From Chiloscyllium plagiosum (taxonomy: Eukaryota): 64,000 bases of DNA. Below are positions 26,567 to 38,959 of this stretch, piece by piece. Position 1 is the first letter of the stretch. Every line of letters starts with the position of its first letter. Made by a program: the position numbers and the translations under genes. Where the stretch lies: NCBI RefSeq assembly GCF_004010195.1, contig NC_057750.1:5253516-5317515 (forward strand), read 5' to 3'. The notes beneath the pieces are model-generated. The model did no database searches. It was not told the DNA's origin and saw only the letters and a program-made list of their open reading frames with translations.

Positions 26567-26648
26567 CACCAACTGCATTGGAAGATTGTGTTTTCACCCC
26601 AGCTGTCGGACATGATGGATACGGGTAGGTAGAAGCATTAACACCCAT
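26567..26648 (-). CDS. BTBD7: BTBD7-like gene, first coding exon (exon 2 spans 26758-26567, with 110 nt of 5'UTR); MGVNASTYPYPSCPTAGVKTQSSNAVG
   Basis: ATG at 26648 in aaaATGg context. Acceptor ...ctcccccctcag at 26759-26760 and donor G|GTAAGA at 26566. 82 coding nt (phase 1) join in frame to the next exon. N-terminus resembles the vertebrate BTBD7 start MGANASNYP, recalled from memory. Confidence 0.88.
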
Positions 26649-27094
26649 TTTCTTTGTACACACATGGCAAGAATCTCATAAGATAGTCTTCTTCCACTCG
26701 GCAAGCAACTTCAGCTGTCTACTGACAGAGCACCATTACACCACATGAAGGAGAATTCCTGAGGGGGGAGAGATTTAAAAGATAGATCAGCAATTTCCTC
26801 CAAATCTACAATGGTCATACTTCGTTCTAATGAACCACGAAGTAAAATTATGAGGCCTACAGTGCTTACACCAATAGTTCATCAAATGGAGATTATTTTT
26901 GAGATGGAAATAATGTTATATTTAATATAAAGCTTAAAGCTACCATATATTCAACACCATTAATTTTTTTAAAAACTGGTCATTTCTCATGTGATATTGT
27001 GGGATCTGTGCATAAAGTGGCTCCCAGATTTCACAAGTAGAGAAGTGTACTGAATCTGTAATGACCCTCAGTTAGACCAAACTTTACAGTACAG

Positions 27095-27515
27095 CATTCA
27101 GTTCTCGTTGCCAAATTATAAGCTTTTCCCCCAGAGCATAAGAGGCTCAGATGACCTTAATAAGGTTTCTAAAATCGTGAGGGGCATGGATAGGATGAAT
27201 AGCCAAGGCCACTTCCCTAGGGTAGGGGGAATCCAAAACTACAGGGCATAGAGTTTTAAGGGGAAAGATTTAAAAAGGACCGAGGGGTAACTTTATCATG
27301 CAGAGGACAGTGCATGTATGGAACAAGCTTCCACAGGAAATGATGGAGGCTGGTACAATTACAACACTTAAAAGGCATTGGATGGGAATATGATTAGAAA
27401 GGGTTTTGAGGGATGTGGGCAAAATGCTGGCGAACAGGGCTAGGTCTGATTTGGATCTCTAAACAGCACATATATGTTGGACCAAAGGGTCCATCTCGGT
27501 GCTGTATGACTATGA
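27095..27515 (+). mobile_element. CR1 LINE 3' end
   Basis: Same 3' sequence as the CR1 at 38960-40325. Confidence 0.75.
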
Positions 27516-29127
27516 TACTAGAAAAGGTGCCAATATGATTTACACAAGTGACACAAGAAATGTGTGGATATGCATACCAGGAACAGATGGATAGGCTGGG
27601 TCTCTTATTTATATTTCAAAAAGTAATGTTGAGGGATGACCTAGAGGTCTTCAAAACTCTTAAAGACTTGATAAAATGTGAGGAAGAGTCATCAAGAAAT
27701 CCAATAGATAACTCAGAAGAAAATTTCTTTGCTCAAAGAATAGTGAGAATGTGGAACTTGTAACCACAGGGAGTTTTTGAAGCAATTAGTATAGATACAT
27801 TGAAGAGGAAGTGATAAGGTTGAAAGAGTCAATTTAGATGTAGAATGATTGAGAAAATGCAAGTAAAGCAGAAACACTGGCAAGACTAGTTGGGCCGAAT
27901 GGGCTGTCTATCCTATGAAATGTTGATCAACCTAACAGGTGATGGTATTTTAAAAACATCCAGTTCACTGGCTGCAAAGTACACAGGATTGCACTGGAAT
28001 TATAAGAGGAATTGTATGAAGGAAATTGGTTTCTTTTTGCTGTTGCAATCCACGCATCCTATTTTGAAATTTTCTTTGCCAGATGTAACAAATCATTTAA
28101 CTGTCCTTGTAACTTGATAATTTAAAATTAAAATAGAATGCAATTGTATTTTACATCAGTTCAGATAGATGGCTAGATTGGAGAAATTAGACCTTTTTCC
28201 TTGGAGAAATTATGGCTGAGATTTGAAAAAGGTATTCAAAGTCATGAGGTGTCTGGACAGAGCAAACAAAGAGAAATTGTTCCCACTGATGCAAGGATCA
28301 AGAGCAGGATTTAAAGTACAGTAAATGGTGAAAGAAGCAATGGAGATACGAGGGAAAGCCTGTTCACACTGCAAATTGGTAATTTATGAAATGTATTGCC
28401 CATGTATGTGAAGGTAAATTCAATCAAGGCATGCAGGAGGAAATTAGATTGTTATTTGACAAGAACAAATATGCAGGATGACAGAGGTGATGGGAATGGC
28501 ATGAGATGTATTATCCATTGGGAAAATCAGGCACAGCCATGATGGTCCAGATGACACCTCCATGCTGTACCTTTTCTGTCTAGTATTTATACATTCTCCC
28601 TGGCAAATAGAAAGCAAACCATTACAAAGTAAATTCCCTAACTCTTTGCAGGGGTAATGGTGATGGGAAGCAAGATTACAGTACTGTCAACCACCTCTCA
28701 ACACAAAACAAATCACTTCTAGCACTCATAGGGGTCCAGAATATGATCCACTCTTGGAATGAATGACAATCAACTGATTACAGGCCACATGAGTTCTCCC
28801 TAGTTTCCTCCTTTCATCACTGAATCTAAAAGACAATTTGAAGTTTTACATGAGCTGCCTTTCAAAAGTGTGGACGAGACCTCAAACATGAACCATATCA
28901 GTATAGTTTAGCATACTATTCTATGAAAACACCAGGGAGGATATAATTAAACATGTTCCTGCCCTCATCCTATTCATGTTTTCCAATCAAGCTTCACTGG
29001 ACAGTGATCAGAAGCTCTGAGAGTGACTTTCTTCTCCTGCTTTCCAATTAAGATCAATTAGCTCATCATAGATTAGTTTGGAATACAGGTTTGGTTTGGT
29101 CCATGAAGCTCAGTATCCAAGCAAATA

Positions 29128-29342
29128 CAGGGTTCTGCGATAACACACCTTTTGTTAATGCAAATTCGCTGAACCATGTTTGAAGAATTGGGGATGCTAA
29201 TTCTAAAGCACAAACTTTTAAAACTTGTGTTGGCTGTAATACGATTACACCGCTAACACTAAGTGCTGCATCTAAAGTGCGATTTTTCTATAATGCAAGG
29301 TTGCACAAAAACACAAACATCGCGTTATATAAGAACTACCTG
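29128..29342. mobile_element. Tigger/pogo-like MITE (~215 bp)
   Basis: Imperfect TIRs cagggttctgcgataacac / cgcgttatataagaactacctg, with TA on both sides (29126-29127, 29343-29344). Confidence 0.6.
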
Positions 29343-32300
29343 TAGTGCCTGTATGCCAATAACGTCTAACATTTGGAGCAAAAAAGAAGTACCTGCATTC
29401 TGTCAAATCCGTACTCCTCCTGTTATCATTAAGTAAGAGATAAAACAATAAAGGAATGGCTTCATCCATCGCTACAGCTGAGAAGCTGTATGAGATATAT
29501 TAATCACAGAAAATTTCAAGATTCATTTACAATAGCAGCTCTTGACGCCAGTATTACAAAAGAGGGACAGAAACTTGAAACAGCAATAACGAATTATCCT
29601 TTTGATTTGAATATGTAAGTGTCTGCTTTAACATCTGGCTTGGCCTTGTGCCAACACAAGGTTATACTACATAATCAGTGTGCAATGAAAATGCAGTGCT
29701 CCACTTACTTGTTCCAAATTAATTACCACAACACAAAACAGAAAGCTCTCTGTAAATGTAAATCTATTATAAAAGCTTACATGGAGCACATGCTTCCTGT
29801 TGTCCTCATTTTCTGCTAGTAATTCTCCATTGTCCATTAGAATTTGCCATGTCATCTGTCACGATGTAGCTACAGGCACCAGCCTCTGAGTGGCTCTATA
29901 GGTAAATATGTGGTCTCTTGACCCTGTTCCATTACCACCTTGTACATTTTCAATTTATTAGAAACTTGAAGAAACATTCGTAAACAATTGACAAGTGTCA
30001 TTTCAGTGCATAATATGACCTTTTGGTCCATCAAGTCTATATCAGCTCACTCAATCCAGTCAGTCCAATTTCTGTGCTGGAATAAGAAAACAGTGGCGTA
30101 AAACCTGATGCCATTTCAAAGTGCCCAGTATCCAAAATCAAACAACATCAGCACAATTCAATACTATACAATTTCAATAAAGGGAAACTAACTGCATGTA
30201 AAGCATTTGCAATGCTTCCACTTCAAACAATAAAAAAAAACCTAGAACTCTCATTTCTTCAAAACTAGAGCCCATGACACAAGAGGTTATCAAGCTGCAT
30301 ACAAGAGGTGCTGCGTTTAAAGGCCTTCTACTTGCAGAGGGAGAACTAAGTGAATTAACAGCACCTAGTAATCTTAAAATTTTTATTAACTGCAACATCA
30401 ACTCAGAGAGGAGCAAATGAAAGCAAATCAGTGAGAGCACTACCCAATAATAAATCACTTTACATACCAACATTACCCTGGCAGATAGCCAGTCTGCTGT
30501 CACTGCCAGCTAACAAATACAATCCAAAACAGAAAAAAGTCATTTGCTCATATTCAACTACATACATCAGACACCGCGCGACTGTTACATTGGGTGCACA
30601 CCCTATTCTTTAAAAAGTGAACTTGGAAAACAAAAACATTGAATGCTCTCAGATGGCTGTGTCAGAGTGTCCCCACTTTTAGCGGCAGACAAATCCTCAC
30701 CTTCACTTCACCAGCTTCTGATAATGAACTTTGTGACATAGCTGATTTTGGGAAGGATAAAATTCATCATTAATTGTGTGAAGCAATTGAAACAAAATGC
30801 AAATCTATGCATTTCACTTTTAGTTGAACAGGGCACAGTGACTACACCAATCTATGAATCACAGGACCAACAACCTTTCAATGACAGCATCACTCCAGCC
30901 TGACAAAGATTTTAATCTGCGCAGCTGACAAATATTTACGGCAACAGCACACATGATTTAGAAGAGATAGTAGGGCACATTACCGAAAAGCATGAGAGAT
31001 TCTACAGCAAGTAATAGGAAGCAATTTAATTTCAGGGCAATCGATAAATCCAGCTTCTCCTGTTTTATGATGTCATCTGTTTTGCAATATCATCTGAAAC
31101 CCTTTGATTAAACTGCTGTCGTAGCACTGACTACTGACCATCTATAATGCTGTAGAAAGGGGGAGGGGGTCAGCAGTCTAGACAGTCTGGCTCAGCCATC
31201 GATCTTTCTGACATTTTGGATTCAAACCTGCAATTATGAAATTTTTATTTAAATAAAAACCAAGAACTTAAAGGTTGTAGTTTGTTTCTAGTACAAAGCA
31301 CACTCTATCATTAAAGTTTGTCATGTAAAGAAGATGCTGTGTCTTATCCTGGTAACAATTCAAGCAGTGCCACTGTAGCCCCAGTAGAAAGTTGAAGGTT
31401 CAAGTTCCACTCTGTTGACACAAACATAAAATTCACTGAGTGAGGACTGTACTGCTGGAAATGTCATCTTTCAGATATGACTTAAACCAAAGCCCCATCT
31501 GTCATCAAAGCGGATAGACAAGATCCAATGGCGCTATTTCAAAGAAGATTGGGGAGTATTCTCCAGAGTTCTGGCTGACATATATCACTCAATCATCACT
31601 GAAATGAATATTAGGTCACTATCAGATGGCTGTCTGTGGGAGCTTACTTTGCACAAATTGACTGTTGTGGTTCCTAACTTAAGGGTTAACCACATATCCC
31701 TACCCACAAATTGTTTTGAGCCACCCAGGGATCTTTAAATACATTATCTAAGTACAGATTATTTAAAAATATACAACACTCATCTTAAAGGAAAAGTAAT
31801 TCACTCTGCTTGTCTCTAGCCTTAGCAAAATGATAAACATGTGCCATTCACCATAATGAACCAGGGAAAGCAGCAACCCTGTAGACTGTATTGATAATGT
31901 TTACATTGCAGGCATAGTTGTATCCAATTGCATGCACAGCAGACACTTCATTGGAAAGTGAAGCATATTTTTGATTTGAATTGAAGTTACATTACAATAA
32001 CTGGATGAGGCATGATACAACATCTATGACAACAATGCATATAAAGACTCTCTTGAACTCAGCTTAATTCTGACTCTTGGCATGGCGTGGCCTCAGCATG
32101 GACTTCTGGTTTCACAGTGATTCCTTGAAGTGCAGCCCCACCATGGCTAAGCACTTAAGACTAATGTTTGTACTTCAGGTTTATGTAGAAAATAAAGCGA
32201 TGAAGGCTTGCAATGTGTAACTTTTAACGTTACTTCACATGTTTCTACATTATACTAGAATTAAGGCAATATTTAACTTTTAACTTTGGTCTTTCTTTTT

Positions 32301-35300
32301 ACCTTGTTCTTAAGATTCTGCACCTACAATGATGCCTTGTATGGTGACATTATACACTTTTTGTTGTACCCCGTACTTTTGTACTTGAGTACACGTTACA
32401 ATAAAATCAAAATCGATGGGATACAAGTCTCATCTGTTTGCAGCTTCAATGTGTCACGATTTGGAGGTTCTGGTGTTAGACTGGGGTGTACAAAGTTAAA
32501 AATCACAACACCAGGTAATAGTCCAACAAGTTTATTTGGAAGCTTGTGAATATATAATGTCATACCATTACTGCACAGCATCAAAGCTGTGTAACTTTAT
32601 CATTCAATTTTTCCAACTTCCCAAAGACTTGCAAATTGAAAGCTGCTGTCACTTAGCCTTTATTTTGTAAGGATTCTCACTTCTTTTATTCAGGCTGCCA
32701 TGCACTCTGAACCCTGGCCTTTCACATTGCATGTTAAATTTAACAAAAACTGATCGACCAGCTAAAATAGCAAAACATCAATCTATTTAAACAAAAACTT
32801 TAAAATTCTTTGCAGTTTTTCACTCCATGCTCCAGAAAAACAAGTCTTAATGTCACTAACTCTGCTGGTTGCTCCATAAATGAGCTTAGTCAGTCTCAAA
32901 CCAGTTGATTACAACACAAATTGGCAGCCTGTTCTGTGACACTATGGCTGGTGTGGGAAACTTTACATTTGTACTGTAGCAGATGCGCCTCAAGATTAAT
33001 GTTACAGCACAATTCTAAAGGAGAATGGTGGATACTTTACGCTTCATCTAACATTGATGCGCATAAACCTGACATGATGAAAAAAGTGCATTCCCCACAA
33101 GGGGAGGCAATGGCATTGTGGTATTATCGCTGGGCTGTTAATTCAGAGACCCAGATAATGTTCTGGGGACCTGGATACAAATTCCGCCATGGCAGATGGT
33201 GAGATTTGAATTCAATGAAAGAAAAATCTGGAATTAAGAGTCTAACAATGACCATGAATCCATTGACGATTGTTGAAAAAACCCATCTGGTTTCCTTCCC
33301 TAAACGTCATTTCACTAATGTCCTTTAGGGAAGGAAACTGCCATCCACACTTGATCTGGATTACAGGTGACTCCAGACCCACAACAATGTGGTTGACTCT
33401 TAACTGCCCTCTGAGCAGTAAGTACTGCCTATCCTGCGATGCCCTCCTCCCATGACTGAATAAAGTAAAAAAAAAACTGAAGTCCATGCAGGCAAGGTGG
33501 CAGGGGATGAGGCATGTACAGCCTAGAACAAGTGCAAGTAGTTCCTCCTTGACTTCATTCAAAATGCAAGACCCCTTAAGCTGTATCCCATCCCCCCCAC
33601 CCCCAAATTCTAGATTGACCCACATGGAGTAACATTCAGCATTCAACATCAAGCCTATTCAAAATTTTGTGTTCAATAAGTTCCTATTAATTCTTCTAAA
33701 TTCAAATAAGAACAGGTCTAAATTGCTCAAACTTTATTCATCCCAGAAATCAGCCTAGTGCACCTCCTCTGAGCAACTTCCAGCACAAGTATGTCCCTCT
33801 GATTGAAACAGAAACAATTTACATTAAATCCTGCAACATGATATTCCTGAAAAGCTTCCAATTATTATTCCCAGTCGATCACAAGAGCGAAATATTGGTG
33901 GCGGCTGATGCTTATGGAGGTGGCAAATTGAATACAAACAAGTAGTATTAAAACGTACTGGTTCAGGAGTGATGCTCCCCCAGTTTATTGGCAAACTTAC
34001 TTAGCAAACTAGTATCTAGACATTATGGGAAAACCATACTTAAGCCAAAATGATTTATCACTGTACCTCATCACATATTCAATTCATAACCTCAAATTGC
34101 TCCCATCGCTCCCAGTAATAATACATCTGTAAATAGCAATACTTTACAGCTAAAAGAATTATAGGAGGCGATCAAGCCTCTGGAGCCTACTTCACAATCC
34201 AGTTAATCATGGTTGTCTGAGTTCTGTAAGGGACAATTAGATCAAACTGCTCAAAACATTACAGGGTATTTATGGTGTAACTAGGGAATATCTATTGCTG
34301 CTGGTTCAACAGCCTAGGACCAGGAGTATAGTTTTTAAAATACAGTCAGACTCTTCAGGAGTAAAATTAGGAAACACATCCATGCAAAAAGGTTTGGAAC
34401 AGTATTCCATAGAAAGGGAGTTAGTGCTGAGTTTAAACTGGAGATTGAGATGTTTGCTATCCGGAGATATAGAGAAACATGGGGCAAAGGCTGGCAGATG
34501 GAGTTAGGTCACATACCAACTACGAAATGGCATTAACAGGCTCTGGGATTAAATGGACCGCTCCTCCTAATCAAACTACTACAGCAAAGGAGGCAGCCAT
34601 TTGGTCCATTATGTTCATGCCAGCTCCCTGTAGAGAAATCCAGCCAGTCCCATTTGCCTCGCAGCTCCCACAAACCGACAAGTTTTTTTCCCTCAAATAT
34701 TTATTCAAATTCCTTTTGAAATTGTTCATAGTCTCTGTTTCCACCCTCATTTCCTTGTGGGCAGCAAACTCCATGTCTTTAGTACTCATTGTGTAAAAAA
34801 GTTCTTCCTCATTCCCCCAAATATCTCTTGCCCAAAACCTCAATACTACATCCCCTCATCTCTGTAACAAAACCAATGGGAAGAATTTCTCAATCTGCGT
34901 TATCCAATCGGTTACTAGATCTCCAGTCCACTTCCTTTCCTCCATGGAGGATGAACTCACTAAAAGCCTTCAGCCCAGGAACCATTCTGGTAAATGTCCA
35001 CCCTACCTTCTTAATACAAACATTTGTGCAGACAAAATAATGGGAGGTGACTTACTGCAGTATGACTGCTATCCTTTAATATCCTTTGGTCTCAAAAAGG
35101 AAAAAGGAGCTCCAGATTTAATCAATTCAAACTCAGATGAATGATAATACTCAAGTCTTCCATTGTAATTCATTTTTGCACAGCTCCAAATATTCCCTAT
35201 GGATACAACTCAAGATTGTGAGGATAAAATCTTTAAACTATACGTTTAGTTGGTTTCCCACACAGTTGTATAGGAACACAGAAAATTGTCAAATCACTTA

Positions 35301-35586
35301 TGTTTGATTGAAAATGGGGCAGCAACATAATCATATCATGAGATGCATTTTGTTACAATTAAAGCGTCAAGAGTATATGTGTGTGTGTGTATGTATGGCG
35401 GAGGATTTCAGGCTCTTTTTACAGGATTCGATAGTGAAGTTTCATATTAATAACACTACAATAAAAATCAATTATTTTGCTCCGTTAGGTAGGTATTCAG
35501 GACTTCAGATAATTAGGAATGAAGGTGTATTATGGTCCCAACTCAGAACAAATAAAAATAATAATCCAATAAAGAAACTTGCAAAT

Positions 35587-36132
35587 TCTACAAACATGTC
35601 TGAGCAAAGAGCATGGAACTGAGGCTAATTTAAAGAGCCAGTAGGGGCACAATGGGCCAAATGGCCTCCTTTGGCATGATATGAATGCACTGGGGATATT
35701 ACCTCGTGTGTGCACAATTCTCTTTCTAAAGCTTCCACTACACTATCAAGCAACCCCCTCCCCCCCCCAGACAATAACATGCTGATAGCACCAATTCTGG
35801 CTTCTCTGTTTTTAATCGCTTCATCAATGGTGGCTGAGCATTCAGCTGTAACAGCCTGAGTTCCAGAACAGCTTCCTAAAAAACTGCTGTCTCTCTGCAC
35901 TTTTCTAAGTTGTTCCTTAACACCCATCTCTAAATAAGTTTTTAGTGACCTACTTTAACACCTTCTGGTGTCAAACATAAGCCAGAAACCCTATTGCACT
36001 TTAGGTTGTATCATACTAAAAGGTGCTACATCGATGTCAGTGGTTCCAATTTTAATAAACAGTCACATCATGCCCCTCTCCTCTTTTGCAACCATCTTAA
36101 ATCAGTAATAAGAACAATCAATCAGCAGACTT
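35587..36132 (+). repeat. Left arm of a ~540-bp inverted duplication
   Basis: Aligns along its whole length to the reverse complement of 38433-38959, with scattered substitutions and small indels. Confidence 0.92.
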
Positions 36133-36367
36133 AGCAGCATCAGTGGAAATAGAAAGAGAGAGAATCAGAATTAACATATGAGGGTGAGGCCCTTTTGTCA
36201 CCTTCTATTGCTTTCAGTGGATCTTGCCAGACATGAACAATGTTGTAAGCATTTTCTGTTTTTAGTTCTGCAGTATTGCGTGAAATCCTTTTAAGTCCTT
36301 GCAGAGGACAGGACTGGACTGGTCCCAACTTTGACCATAATGATCCTCACCTGGTAGTAGGGGTTTG

Positions 36368-36600
36368 GAATGCAAGATGTGAAAAAAAACACAAGAAAGT
36401 TCAGTGAGTGAAGTACCATTTGATGGCAACCTTGAACCTATCTTGGAATTATGAGTGAATGTAAAACAGAGAAAGAAAAAAAGCACAAGAAAGTTCAAAG
36501 AGTGCAGTGCAGACCTTGAATCTATCTGGGAACTGTGTGAATGTAAAATGGGATGGGAAAGAAGCAAAAGAAAGTTGAGTGAGTGATGATAACCTTGAGG
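36368..36600 (+). repeat. Degenerate tandem repeat (~3 units of ~80-90 bp)
   Basis: Recurring gaatgtaaaa...a(a/g)cacaagaaagttca..gagtg...accttgaa.ctatct.ggaa. Confidence 0.6.
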
Positions 36601-36639
36601 CGGGCTTGGAGCAGGCTGCCTGGTGTTTACATACAAACA

Positions 36640-37260
36640 CATACCAGGGCTGGCAATCAAAAATGGGGTTCCGCCTCCACTTCACAGTTATTGGCTGACA
36701 GCCTGCCATCCACCCGCTCCCATTGGCCCGGACGCCTGTCAATCAGCAGCCTGGCTGCATTTCCGGCCCCAGGGACGGTGGGACGGCCTCCTTCTCTCTA
36801 CCCCCACCCCCCCCCCCCCCTCCGTGAGTCCAGCTCCATATTCACAACTTTTCGCCGGCGGAACAAAAAACGAAAAAAAGAGACGAACATCCACCGGCAC
36901 GGCTTGCGTCGGGGATTTTGTAGGAGAAAAAAGGCGTTGAAACATCAGAAAACAAAACTCCAAACCGTCGGGACCCCTCGGTCTTCACACCTTCCGCCGC
37001 CATCGCCCCCCGGTTAATATTCTTTATGTTTTACCTGATTTTTAAACTCCAGCGTCGCTAGCTACCCTCTCCCCTGCCGCCGAATTCTTCAAGGAGGGGG
37101 AGGAGAAGGTTTTAATCGAAAAGATTTATTCCGAATCGCCTCAGCCACTCGCTCGCGCTCTCTGTCTGCGTCTCGCGACGACTGGCGCCTGGACAGGAAG
37201 TCAGCTCGGTGATGGACGTGAGCCCTCGACCAATTGGAAGGAAGGGGGCGGGCTCTCTAA
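36640..37260 (-). promoter_or_regulatory. CpG-island promoter
   Basis: The most conspicuously CpG-dense non-repeat, non-coding stretch. Contains TCTCGCGA (37171-37178), GGAAGT ETS-like (37196-37201), CCAATTGG (37230-37237), GC box GGGGCGGG (~37245-37252) and further ATTGG boxes near 36690 and 36722. Confidence 0.75.
37035..37200 (-). other. Putative non-coding exon 1 of the BTBD7-like gene (5' end uncertain)
   Basis: Donor CAG|GTAAAA at 37034 on the minus strand, inside the CpG-rich island and facing the exon 2 acceptor. Promoter motifs lie immediately upstream. Confidence 0.6.
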
Positions 37261-37566
37261 CCCCAGGACAGCTGACAACAACTACCTGCATTGCCATAGC
37301 TTGTAAGTGCATTTAGTGTCATAGATATGTGCAGTCATGAGAAGATCTTTGTCTGTTTATCCCTATCCTTTGCTCCCTCATGATTTTATAAACCTCTGTA
37401 AGGGTCCTCCCCTCAGCCTCTGACGCTCCAAGGAAAACAGCCCTAGCCTCTCCCTCTACCTCCAACCCTGGCGATACCCTTGTCAACCTTTTCTGATCCC
37501 TTTCAAGTTTCACAACATTCTTCCTATAGCAGGGAGAGCAAAATTGCACATAATAGTCCAAAAGTG

Positions 37567-37767
37567 AGGACTGCAGATGCTGGAGAATCAGGGTCTAAAA
37601 GTGAGGTGCTGGAAAAGTTCAATAGGTCAGGCAGCATCCGAGGAGCAGGAGAGTCAATGTTTCGGGCACATGCCCTTTCTCAGGAAGGATTTACGCCCGA
37701 AACATCAACTGTCCTGCTCCTCAGATGCTGGCTGACCTGCTGTGCTTTTTCAGCGCCACACTCTTAT
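37567..37767. mobile_element. Fold-back family-A PLE inserted in an antisense CR1 fragment (~37320-37895)
   Basis: Inverted arms, with TSD tccaaaagtg at 37557-37566 / 37768-37777. Confidence 0.8.
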
Positions 37768-38432
37768 TCCAAAAGTGGCCTAACCAATATCATAGAGAAG
37801 TACAGCACGGAAACAGACCCTTTGGTCCAACCAGATATCCTAAACTAATTTAGTCCCATTTGTCAGAACTTGAGCCGCATCCCTCTAAATCCTTCATAAT
37901 CATTTAGGAGAAAGTGGGAGGATGTAGTTGAGAAACTTATCAGCCATGATTGAATGGTGGAGTAGACTCAGTGGACTGAACGGCCTAATTTCTGCTCCTG
38001 TGTCTATTGGTCTCCCCAGTTGCTTGGGGAGCAGTGAACTCCCGGAGGGGGAAGAGTGTTGTGACACGGTGGTAGTCGTATGGCATAGAAACAGGCCCTT
38101 CAGTTTACCATCACGACGCTGACCGACAACCATATTGCTGTGAGTGTGGAGTCACATACAGGCAGTTTCCTTCTCTAAAGGGCATTTGTGAACCAGCGAG
38201 GATTTTCCAAAAATCGACAATGGATTCATGGTCATCATTAGACGCTTTTTAAAACATTCAAATTTCACCATCTACCGTAGCAGGATTCAAACCCAGGTCC
38301 CCAGAACAGTACCTAGGTCTCTGGAATAACAGTCCAGCAATAATGCCACTAGGCCATTGCCTCCCCCTGTGAACATTAAATCGTGATGGAGAGAAGGTGG
38401 AGTCCTCCACCATTGTCACTTACAGTCCCAGA

Positions 38433-38959
38433 AAGCCTGCTGATTGATTGCAACCATCTTAAATCAGTAATAAGAACAAAGAGGAGAGGGACATGATGTG
38501 ACAGTTCATTAAAATTGGAACCACTTGCATTGATGTGGCACCTTTTAGCATGATACAACCTAATGTGCAATAGGGTTTCTGGTTTACATTTGACACCAGA
38601 AGGTGTTAAAGCAGGTCACTAAAAGCTTACTTAGAGGTGTGTGTTAAGGAATAACTTAGAGTAGTGTAGAGAGACAGCAGTTTTTTGGGAAGCTGTTCTG
38701 GAGCTCAGGGTGTTACAGCTGAATGCTAAGCCACCATTGATGGAGCAATTAAAAGCAGAGAAGCCAGAATTGGTACTGTCTGGGGGGGTGTTGCTTGATA
38801 GTGTGGTGGAAGCTTTAGAAAGAGAAGTGTGCACACACTTGAGGTAAAATCCCCAGTGCATTCATATCATGCCAAAAGAGGCCATTTGGCCCATCGTGCC
38901 TCAACTGGCTCTTTAAATCAGCCTCAGTTCCATACTCTTTGCTCAGACATGTTTGTAGA
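38433..38959 (-). repeat. Right arm of the inverted duplication
   Basis: Reverse complement of 35587-36132. Its outer end abuts a CR1 insertion. Confidence 0.92.

Noticed and set aside
36583..37017. 144-aa plus-strand ORF in the CpG island
   Set aside because: GC-rich promoter/intron DNA with no recognisable domain. Long ORFs arise by chance in such sequence.
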